47,033 bases of DNA, from the IMG/VR virus record IMGVR_UViG_3300027985_000385, positions 1 to 47,033 of that record; one strand, given 5' to 3'. This document shows, piece after piece, positions 22,707 to 29,833 of this stretch (the first letter of the stretch is position 1; each line of letters begins with the position of its first letter). Made by a program: the position numbers and the translations under genes. The stretch is from a virus. Under the pieces are notes generated by a model. The model worked only from the letters and a program-made list of their open reading frames with translations, was not told where the DNA came from and did not search any database.

Positions 22707-22781
22707 GCTGGCGTAGCTCAACGGTAGAGCAGCTGACTTGTAATCAGCAGGTTGCGGGTTCAAATCCCATCGCCAGCTCCA
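22707..22781 (+). tRNA. tRNA-Thr (anticodon UGU)
   Basis: Acceptor GCTGGCG/CGCCAGC, D stem GCTC/GAGC, anticodon stem GCTGA/TCAGC with loop CTTGTAA, T arm GCGGG-TTCAAAT-CCCAT (one C-A mismatch), encoded CCA. Confidence 0.85.
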
Positions 22782-22802
22782 AAAGTTTCTCACAGAAAGC
22801 AC

Positions 22803-22831
22803 TTGACGTCCTGAGCGCACATTGTTATCTA
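22803..22831 (+). promoter_or_regulatory. Candidate promoter for the small structured RNA
   Basis: TTGACG (22803-22808), 17-nt spacer, TATCTA (22826-22831). Confidence 0.35.
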
Positions 22832-22837
22832 GGTGTC

Positions 22838-22922
22838 GCTTAGGACGTGTAGACAACAGAAAGTTTTTTCGCCCCCTTTGTGCGCCGTCCTAAGCAAGCG
22901 GTTACACATTGGGGGCTTTTTT
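22838..22922 (+). ncRNA. Candidate small RNA / terminator element with pseudoknot-compatible pairing
   Basis: Perfect 10-bp pairing GCTTAGGACG (22838-22847) with CGTCCTAAGC (22886-22895). GCCCCC (22871-22876) pairs with GGGGGC (22911-22916), followed by TTTTTT (22917-22922). Confidence 0.4.
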
Positions 22923-23308
22923 ATTGGTGCAGACATGATTTTCGATGATTGGATGCATGCACTGGATACGGGCCGAGACAAGCGCGTAAACCAGCCGAGC
23001 CGTGGAGGTGTCGGAACTCTGGTGCTGGAGGTTTGCCCCCGACCGTATGGCGGCATCAGATCGTAAATCCACGTTACCCGAAGGGACATGATTCAAGAGC
23101 GTGGTGGGTAGTTGTTAACCAGACAGAAGACCCGAATCAGGGATGCTAGTATCCTAATGCTGTCGGAGTGATCGTCTAGCTGCGTGTCGCTCGTCGTGTC
23201 TGTCCCATGCTAGTCTCGTCGGATAGGTATGCTCGTTACTAATCCACATCTATAGGGGGTTGTTGCGAGCATTTAGAACCCTGCTGAACTCTCGGATAGG
23301 TGGTGAGA

Positions 23309-23500
23309 ATGAAATACAGGCACTGCAAAGAATGCGGAAAGGGTACAAACCAAGAGAAGGTAACTCTTGATCCTGGCGGTAAAATACAGAGCAACTTCGA
23401 TACAACATTCATGTCTATCTGCACCTTGGGAATGAGTAGGTTAATTATGGATACAAAGGCATGGCGCTGCTGTGAGTGCGGTAGCATAGAAGAAGCGTAA
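23309..23500 (+). CDS. Zinc-ribbon protein
   Basis: MKYRHCKECGKG...WRCCECGSIEEA (two CxxC pairs). Weak RBS. Confidence 0.55.
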   Translation: MKYRHCKECGKGTNQEKVTLDPGGKIQSNFDTTFMSICTLGMSRLIMDTKAWRCCECGSIEEA

Positions 23501-23562
23501 AAAACGCAGTATTATATATTTGGTTAGTGGGAGTTTGTTTTATAACTGAACTAGGAGGAAAC

Positions 23563-23775
23563 ATGAATGTTTTTATCGGTGAAGCACAGTGTTCTAGCCC
23601 TGCATCTGACAACGATGTGTGGGTTAGCAATGGCGTAAAGTCGTGTGCTGGTGATCTGTATTCTGTTGTTCTGTCTGTCGTTCGTGATTTCGACACCAAC
23701 AAATCAATTGATATGAGCACAATTGACATGGCTAAGCGTGCTCTGGACAAGGTAAGGACGTGTAGTGATTCATAG
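23563..23775 (+). CDS. Hypothetical protein
   Basis: AGGAGG lies 5 nt before ATG 23563. 70 aa. Confidence 0.6.
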   Translation: MNVFIGEAQCSSPASDNDVWVSNGVKSCAGDLYSVVLSVVRDFDTNKSIDMSTIDMAKRALDKVRTCSDS

Positions 23776-23793
23776 AGGCAAGGAGATGTATTA

Positions 23794-23841
23794 GTGAACA
23801 CATGCTACACGTGCAAGTTCGAGCTAAGATGGATTGGTTAA
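23794..23841 (+). pseudogene. 15-codon remnant paralogous to the N-terminus of 22430..22687
   Basis: VNTCYTCKFELRWIG* compared with MRTCYTCQFEPTWGY... Confidence 0.45.
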
Positions 23842-23992
23842 GGGCTGAAGCGATGGGGTTGGCTCCATACTAGCTTGAGCATAGGAGAGGCGGTCACGTC
23901 AGGCTGTCTCCCTATGCCTTCTCTCCGGGATCTCACCACCTAGCTTGATATAAGAGTACAGGATCTAGAAGCACAGGCAAGGAATAGAAGAT

Positions 23993-24018
23993 GCCCCCAT
24001 TACGGGGGCTTTTCTTTA
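23993..24018 (+). terminator. Intrinsic terminator closing the tRNA/small-gene cluster
   Basis: GCCCCC-ATTAC-GGGGGC followed by TTTTCTTT. Abuts the stop codon of the convergent ant gene. Confidence 0.7.
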
Positions 24019-24744
24019 CTCTGCTGTTTCGTATCCGTCTGCGGACAGTCGCTTGCGTAGGTAGTCAAGTCCGCGCTGCATGACTAGCGTCTTGCGGCTA
24101 ACCTTCGTTTCGTCACCTATTGAGTAGCTGGACTCGATAACTCGGAAGTGTCCAGCGTCAACGTGCTTCTGGTACGGCTGGTTGTTTCCCATGAGTACGC
24201 CAGCATTCCGGCAATACTCGAAAAGCCCGTTCTGTCCAAGCGGCTTTGCAGCGTCCTGCCTCATGTTGAGCAACTTGGCAGCATCCCTGAATGACATGGC
24301 ATCCTTGCTGTCAACTACGTGATCGTAAAAGTCGGCCTTGGGCTTCATCTCGGCAGCAATAGCTTTAGTTTGTTGGTGTGACTCTACTTCGTCTGCGTAT
24401 GCTCTTAGAGCTTCCGGTAGGGTGCGCGGGATAGCGATAGAGTACGATCCTGTCTTGCGTATTGATGGGAGCACGTCGCCAACAACCCATTCTTCGAATC
24501 GTTCAGCATCGGGCAACTTTGACCGCATGATAAGGCGGTATACGTCACGTTCAGGTATGAGGTTCAAGAACCCACCACCCTGTTTCGGGGTAGTGACGGA
24601 AGCCTTACAGTGTGCTGATACTGCGTTCTCTGGCTTAGCATATCCCAACGCCTCTGCCACGTCTTTTGCCACAAACCACGGTTCGCCGTCCCGCTCGACA
24701 ACTCGTACTTTCCAGCCGTTTTGCTCAAAGGGAATAAGGTTCAT
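24016..24744 (-). CDS. ant: Antirepressor (Bro-N domain plus KilA-C/Ant C-terminal domain)
   Basis: Trimmed to MNLIPFEQNGWKVRVVERDGEPWFVAKDVAEALGY (Bro-N), with AAGGAG 5 nt upstream. The C-terminal half is typical of phage Ant. Confidence 0.82.
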   Translation of the reverse strand: MNLIPFEQNGWKVRVVERDGEPWFVAKDVAEALGYAKPENAVSAHCKASVTTPKQGGGFLNLIPERDVYRLIMRSKLPDAERFEEWVVGDVLPSIRKTGSYSIAIPRTLPEALRAYADEVESHQQTKAIAAEMKPKADFYDHVVDSKDAMSFRDAAKLLNMRQDAAKPLGQNGLFEYCRNAGVLMGNNQPYQKHVDAGHFRVIESSYSIGDETKVSRKTLVMQRGLDYLRKRLSADGYETAE

Positions 24745-24821
24745 GTCGTCTCCTTGTGAAATCGTGTTGACATCACCATGCATCAATGCTAGCAATTGGT
24801 CAACAACATATGGAGGTGCAT

Positions 24822-25007
24822 ATGGAAAATATTTGTATTCAGGTTTCATTGCCAAGGGAAGTAGTCGAGTACATCGACAAGCAGGCGCGAAGCAGCGGAA
24901 GGACGCGTAGCAACGACGCGAGGCAGTTTATCCTTCAGCACCTCACGGCGAGTGGGCAAATGCGGTGGGATGAAGAAAAGTGCAAGTGGGTGGAGGTGAA
25001 GATATGA
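24822..25007 (+). CDS. Ribbon-helix-helix protein divergent from ant (Mnt/Arc-like position), with a WDxExCKW tail
   Basis: GGAGG RBS. ICIQVSLPREVVEYIDKQARSSGRTRSNDARQFIL, then QMRWDEEKCKWVEVKI. Confidence 0.7.
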   Translation: MENICIQVSLPREVVEYIDKQARSSGRTRSNDARQFILQHLTASGQMRWDEEKCKWVEVKI

Positions 25008-25201
25008 CAGATGCAAAAATCACACTTTGTTTCGATACGTACATAAGGCAGAGGATTTCTATACGTGAAGAAGTAATGCAGATTGCGATATCTGACATGC
25101 TTGTGAGTGTAGACAAGGACAGATGGGACGAGTTTTTAGCTGTTGCTGTAAAATTTGCGGACAAGAAACTTTTCTACGATGAGGATGAATATAATGGGTA
25201 G
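25004..25201 (+). CDS. Small acidic hypothetical protein
   Basis: GGAGG lies 7 nt before ATG 25004, with an ATGA overlap. Confidence 0.55.
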   Translation: MTDAKITLCFDTYIRQRISIREEVMQIAISDMLVSVDKDRWDEFLAVAVKFADKKLFYDEDEYNG

Positions 25202-25424
25202 TCTCATTACCGGACTCAACACCATCGCACGGGCACTGCAGCTCATCGGAACTGAACGTCAGCGGTTCGAGAAAGCCATGCGCGTTGTTGAGAGTTGCGA
25301 GACGTGTGCGCATGTCATGGTGGCGCATCGGTACGTGGAGGTGTACGGCAGGGACAGCGGTAAGGAACTGTACGACCATGTTATGGACACGTGGTTCGAT
25401 AAGTTCAACGAGGTGTGCAGATGA
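25194..25424 (+). CDS. Hypothetical protein
   Basis: Trimmed to MGSLITGLN... Overlaps the upstream stop. Confidence 0.5.
   Translation: MGSLITGLNTIARALQLIGTERQRFEKAMRVVESCETCAHVMVAHRYVEVYGRDSGKELYDHVMDTWFDKFNEVCR
25411..25424. repeat. 14-bp junction repeat AGGTGTGCAGATGA, copy A
   Basis: Identical to 25697-25710. Each copy encodes ...VCR*, with an ATG embedded in ATGA. Confidence 0.85.
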
Positions 25425-25476
25425 CTGGTGACAATAAATTATGATAACCGCTATTGAGAACAGCTAGGAGCATACT

Positions 25477-25710
25477 ATGAACGTTGCACTTTTAATTATT
25501 GATGTCGTTGCCGTATATCTAGGCGTAACAATTGCTTTACAAGGAATTATTTGGGCTGTTTACAAGTATACATACATTAATTTTGATTACGAAATGTTGT
25601 CTGCACTAGCCTTGTTTTGGCCAATTGTAGCCGTATTGGGTCCAGTTTTCTTTGCATTCGTGTATGCAACTAGAGCAATCTTGTATATCGTAAAGAAGGT
25701 GTGCAGATGA
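25477..25710 (+). CDS. Small two/three-pass membrane protein (AT-rich cassette)
   Basis: AGGAG lies 6 nt before ATG 25477. Highly hydrophobic, 77 aa. Confidence 0.6.
   Translation: MNVALLIIDVVAVYLGVTIALQGIIWAVYKYTYINFDYEMLSALALFWPIVAVLGPVFFAFVYATRAILYIVKKVCR
25697..25710. repeat. 14-bp junction repeat AGGTGTGCAGATGA, copy B
   Basis: Identical to 25411-25424. Confidence 0.85.
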
Positions 25711-26072
25711 TCAATGACGAACTGAGCGCTAAGGTGGCTGAACTGAGGGATGGTATATCTTGCGAGACGTGTCATCGTCCTGCACCAAGTTGTACATCTA
25801 AAAACACACCAGAAAACTGTGAAGGTCATGTTTCACGAAAATACGCAACAGACATGAACTGTGCCATGGAGCTGTTCAACGAGATGTGCGAAGCTTCCAG
25901 CGGATTCTCTGTTCTCGTATGCGAGAATACGGACAGCGGATCAGTGTTTGCGTGCACTGTAGCCATTCCAGGGTTAGGAGTAGCACGCAGCACAAGCACA
26001 GCATCAGCATCCGTTGCAATCTGCCAGACGTATATCAAGGTGAATGGTATGTTGAAGTGCACGAGGATGTGA
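25707..26072 (+). CDS. Phage ABA-sandwich-domain-like protein (paralog 3 of 3), Cys-rich insert
   Basis: MINDELSAKVAEL... and YATDMNCAMEL mirror 4057..4383. ATGA overlap. Confidence 0.6.
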   Translation: MINDELSAKVAELRDGISCETCHRPAPSCTSKNTPENCEGHVSRKYATDMNCAMELFNEMCEASSGFSVLVCENTDSGSVFACTVAIPGLGVARSTSTASASVAICQTYIKVNGMLKCTRM

Positions 26073-26092
26073 ATTCATAGTATGCCAACAAG

Positions 26093-26114
26093 GCCCCCTC
26101 TCGGGGGCTTTTTT
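26093..26114 (+). terminator. Intrinsic terminator
   Basis: GCCCCC-TCTC-GGGGGC followed by TTTTTT. Confidence 0.8.
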
Positions 26115-26192
26115 ACGCCCACTTGACATCGTGCTACGATATGTTGTACTCGTGCTACTGTACGTACAAACAAGAGAGGGTGTACAACCTCG

Positions 26193-27563
26193 ATGATTAA
26201 AAAAATACGTCAAATCTTATCGCGCAAGTCTGCAGACGTGCCGTCTTCTATGGGCACTGGTGGACTGCATTCTATTCTCATACAAAACGGTTCATTCCTA
26301 TACAACGTGCTTGCCAACGGTTACGGTGTAGGCTCTGGTATCGGTAAAGCTCAGGCAATGGAGATGTACCGGGAGTCTGGTTCTGTAGCTACTGCTGTGG
26401 ATATCATTGCGCAGGAGATTGAGCAGATACAGCCTGTTGTGCGCATGAAGGACGGACTCCTTGATGACAGCCACGATGTGCTGGCGATGCTGTCTGACCC
26501 GAACGAGTACAACGAAAGCTACCAAGATTTTATCGGGGACATCGCGCGAAACTGGCTGCTCACGCATAATGCGTTCCTGTACGCCGGTGGAACAGTAACA
26601 CGTCCCCCGCTTGAACTGTTCTCTGTAAAGCCTCAGTCTGTATCAGCGTATGAAGACTCGGTGCAGCAATTCGCGCTGTCGTATCTCGTATCAGATGGTG
26701 CAGGACGCGGGAACTATCAGAAGACGCGCACTCCTAGATGGGGATACAGATACTACGACGGGAACATGCGCGAACTTTTCCAGGTTCGAGGGTATTCCAG
26801 CGGTCGAAGCAACGTATTCGCAGACTCACCGCTCAAGGCTGTGTGTCTCGACGTGTACCAGCAGGTACGTGGACGTATCCACAACGTTCAGATGCTGACA
26901 AATGGGGCCAGACCGTCCATGGTTGTCACGTTCAAGGACGCGTCGATATCAGAGGACCAGTTCAACGAGCGGGCGCAGTCCATCCGTGAACAGCTTGCTG
27001 GTGCTGACAACGCAGGCAAAATTGCTATTGTTGGCGCTGACGATACGTCTATAGAGTCGTTCGGGCAGACGAACAAGGACATGGACTACCAGAACCTTGA
27101 GGCCGTTAGCAGCAGGGCGGTATACAACCGCTACCACATTCCACTTCCTCTCATCTCAAGCGATGCCAGCACATTTTCCAACATGGCAAGCGCTGTAGAG
27201 CACCTGTACGACTTCGCAGTCATACCAAACATGAACAAGATTTTCTCTGCGCTGTCGATGTTCCTGCTGCCTCGATATGGCGTTTCCCCTGCTGATATGC
27301 AGATTACGTACAACCCTGAGTCGATACCGGCCCTCAAGGCGCGCAGGCTTGCAGAGCTTAAGACGCGCAAAGAAATCGGGCTTGAGTCCATCAACGAGAT
27401 GCGCGAGTACTTGCCAAATCGTGAACCTGTTCTTGGCGGGGATAGCATTTACATTCCTGCTAATCTGGTTCCTGTTGGGCAGGACGCTTTTACAGATGAC
27501 AACACGACAACAACTGCTGAGCAGAGAGCGCAGGAACTTATAGACAGGGATGCAGAGGTTTAG
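26193..27563 (+). CDS. Portal protein
   Basis: 456 aa. First gene of the head module, directly upstream of the Mu-F-like, protease and capsid genes. Confidence 0.8.
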   Translation: MIKKIRQILSRKSADVPSSMGTGGLHSILIQNGSFLYNVLANGYGVGSGIGKAQAMEMYRESGSVATAVDIIAQEIEQIQPVVRMKDGLLDDSHDVLAMLSDPNEYNESYQDFIGDIARNWLLTHNAFLYAGGTVTRPPLELFSVKPQSVSAYEDSVQQFALSYLVSDGAGRGNYQKTRTPRWGYRYYDGNMRELFQVRGYSSGRSNVFADSPLKAVCLDVYQQVRGRIHNVQMLTNGARPSMVVTFKDASISEDQFNERAQSIREQLAGADNAGKIAIVGADDTSIESFGQTNKDMDYQNLEAVSSRAVYNRYHIPLPLISSDASTFSNMASAVEHLYDFAVIPNMNKIFSALSMFLLPRYGVSPADMQITYNPESIPALKARRLAELKTRKEIGLESINEMREYLPNREPVLGGDSIYIPANLVPVGQDAFTDDNTTTTAEQRAQELIDRDAEV

Positions 27564-28391
27564 ATGGAAACCAAGGCAGAAAACAGAGCCAAGCGCGATT
27601 TGATCGCAAAGCTGAAGCTCGAAGATGCATTCAAGCGAGACATCAACTCTCTGTATCGCCAGATGCGTGATGCCTTCCGTATTTCCGTAGCCACTACAGG
27701 ACGAGCACCATCCATCGATGTGTACCGAGATAGCTGGCGCGGAATCCTGTTGACGCATTACCAGCGCGTGCAGAAGGCCTTCTCTGGTACGGTCAAGGCG
27801 TACAACATCGAGTATCTTACGAAGCAGGAACAAGAAGATCAGGAGCTTGAAGACCTGCTATTGCTGGCGCTGCTTGAATACCGGACAGAACGCGCAGAGT
27901 CTCAATCTGACATCATCTCGCAGACAGATGCAGACCAGATGCAGGAATCAATTGTCGAGGCCAGAACTGTACAAGCTGAGACTGGCGGACCGATGGACAA
28001 CCGAACGATTGCAACAGTGGCTGCGGCCATACTCGCACGAAAGCTGAAGCCTCGCGTTGACACCATAGCGCTTGTTGAAACTCAGAATGCAGCAGAGAAC
28101 GCGAAGTTTCAGGAGGCCCAAGTACGCTCTGGAAGGTTTCCACAATCGACGCCAGCAAGTGCTAGAACAACCGTGCAGCAGAAGCCAAGACGGGCAACGA
28201 AACGTTGGCAGACAGTCGGTGACAACAAGGTTCGTGCATCGCATCGCGCAGTTAATGGGCAGGTCGTTGATATAGACGAGCCGTTCCAGATTGGGACCAG
28301 CCTACTCATGTATCCCGGAGATGCATCGTTGGGCGCTGATGTTGAAGAATTTATCCGGTGCAGGTGCAGTAGCCTCGCAACATTTTATTAG
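27564..28391 (+). CDS. Head morphogenesis protein (Mu F / SPP1 gp7-like)
   Basis: WQTVGDNKVRASHRAVNGQVVDIDEPF motif. Confidence 0.82.
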   Translation: METKAENRAKRDLIAKLKLEDAFKRDINSLYRQMRDAFRISVATTGRAPSIDVYRDSWRGILLTHYQRVQKAFSGTVKAYNIEYLTKQEQEDQELEDLLLLALLEYRTERAESQSDIISQTDADQMQESIVEARTVQAETGGPMDNRTIATVAAAILARKLKPRVDTIALVETQNAAENAKFQEAQVRSGRFPQSTPASARTTVQQKPRRATKRWQTVGDNKVRASHRAVNGQVVDIDEPFQIGTSLLMYPGDASLGADVEEFIRCRCSSLATFY

Positions 28392-28400
28392 GAATTCACA

Positions 28401-29831
28401 ATGTCGCTCACAGAAGAACAACGTACTCCACCCAAGAGGGCGCAACAGAACGCAGCAAAAGCTATCGAGTGGCGCGAAAAGTACCCTAAGGAAACAGAAG
28501 GTGCTGGCACTCCTATTGGTTGGAGACGCGCTTCTCAACTTGCTAGCGGTGAGCCTGTCAGCGAAGACGTGATTAAGCGCATGGCCCAGTTTAACAGGCA
28601 TCGCGATAACGCTGTTGTTGCTCCAGAGTTTGAGAACGAGCCGTGGCGCGACAATGGGTACCTCATGTGGATGGCGTGGGGTGGAACAGAAGGAATAGAC
28701 TGGGCGCTCAGAATGTCGGAGCGCATAGATAAAGACAAAGCAGGAGCGCACAGCATGGAAATGAAAAAGTTAGTCGTTCCGTTCTCCGTCAAGCAGATGG
28801 ACGATTCGGACGACGATTTCTACACCTTCGAGGGGTACGCCTCTACATTCGGCAATGTGGACCTCGGTGCAGACAGGGTTATGTCCGGAGCATTCAAGGC
28901 TTGCATCGAAAAGATGAAGCGCGAAGGTAAGCAGACACCTGTTCTGTGGCAGCACGACTCCTCTATGCCGCTCGGTGTGTACATAGAGATTGAAGAGGAC
29001 AGCAGCGGTCTTTTCGTCAAGGGGCGCATGCCAAAGGGTGACACGTTCGTCAGCGGTCGCGTCATCCCACAGATGAAGGCAGGAAGTGTATCGGCAATGT
29101 CCATCGGATACTGTGCAATCCAGTGGGAGATGGATGGAAGCGTGCGCAATCTCAAGGAACTGATGCTCTACGAGATCAGCCTAGTAACAATGCCTATGAA
29201 CCCATCAGCCAAGATCACTGGCATGAAGTCAGTGGTTCAGTTCCAGGATTTGCCCCTTGCAGATACTAACATGTCGTGGGACTCCACATCGGCTGTAGAG
29301 CGAGTGCGTGAACTCACAGACAGCATGGAAGATCCTTCCGATGCATACAGGCGCGCATTCCTCTGGTTCGACAGTGAAAACGCGGAAGAGTTTGGAGCGT
29401 ACAAGCTTCCCATAGCTGACGTTGTGGATGGTCGCATGTTGGCTGTCCCTCGTGCTATATTCGCAGCAGCAGCTGCGGTACAGGGTGCGCGTGGAGGACT
29501 GAATGTTCCAGAAGGTGACATTGATGGAATCAAGGCTCATATCAACAGGTACTATTCCAAGATGGACCGTGAAAGTCCGTTCGGTGAAAAGGGTATTCTC
29601 ATCGTGGACGTTGACATGCTCAAGAGCCTTACAGAGCGTGAGCTTGACAACGTGCTACGATCTGAAATAAAAGTAACACGAAGTGCATCAAAGCTCTTAA
29701 TCAAGTGCCTCGACGTGCAGACCCTGCGGGAAGCAGGAGATGGCGTTGCGCGGGATGCGAAAAGCGGCGTGAAGATAAGTGCTGAAACAACATTGAAACT
29801 TGAACAACTACTGAAAAGTATGAGGAGCTAA
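28401..29831 (+). CDS. Prohead protease (HK97 type) with N-terminal extension and C-terminal scaffold-like region
   Basis: FEGYASTFGNVDLGADRVMSGAF...VLWQHD...PLGV...SIGY core. Confidence 0.8.
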   Translation: MSLTEEQRTPPKRAQQNAAKAIEWREKYPKETEGAGTPIGWRRASQLASGEPVSEDVIKRMAQFNRHRDNAVVAPEFENEPWRDNGYLMWMAWGGTEGIDWALRMSERIDKDKAGAHSMEMKKLVVPFSVKQMDDSDDDFYTFEGYASTFGNVDLGADRVMSGAFKACIEKMKREGKQTPVLWQHDSSMPLGVYIEIEEDSSGLFVKGRMPKGDTFVSGRVIPQMKAGSVSAMSIGYCAIQWEMDGSVRNLKELMLYEISLVTMPMNPSAKITGMKSVVQFQDLPLADTNMSWDSTSAVERVRELTDSMEDPSDAYRRAFLWFDSENAEEFGAYKLPIADVVDGRMLAVPRAIFAAAAAVQGARGGLNVPEGDIDGIKAHINRYYSKMDRESPFGEKGILIVDVDMLKSLTERELDNVLRSEIKVTRSASKLLIKCLDVQTLREAGDGVARDAKSGVKISAETTLKLEQLLKSMRS

Positions 29832-29833
29832 AC

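Noticed and set aside
21947-22781. Suppressor tRNAs that could explain the in-frame TAG and TGA
   Set aside because: The hand-folded anticodons are UGG, UGA (reads UCA) and UGU. None is CUA or UCA.
22620-22856. 78-aa minus-strand ORF
   Set aside because: It is the antisense translation of tRNA-Thr and its flanks (…WDLNPQPADYKSAALPLSYAS…), a known artefact pattern.
22833-23066. 77-aa plus-strand ORF (and its internal ATG at 22935) downstream of tRNA-Thr
   Set aside because: Its GTG start lies inside the 10-bp stem and the ORF runs through the terminator hairpin. No RBS is present. The internal 43-aa version has only a weak GGTG upstream, so it is left unannotated.
12588-24806. Shared 8-mer GTGTTGAC / GTCAACAC at the early switch and at the ant/RHH intergenic region as a common operator
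   Set aside because: The motif is largely the -35 consensus TTGAC plus two bases, and chance recurrence at promoters is likely. I noted it but did not call it as an operator.
27156-27833. 225-aa minus-strand ORF across the portal/Mu-F junction. Similar shadows occur at 20635..21207, 21095..21625, 31754..32557, 37988..38560, 24338..24910 and 4310..4984.
   Set aside because: All overlap well-supported genes with recognisable motifs (portal, terL, connector, tape measure, ant, nuclease) on the other strand or in another frame. None has start-site support.
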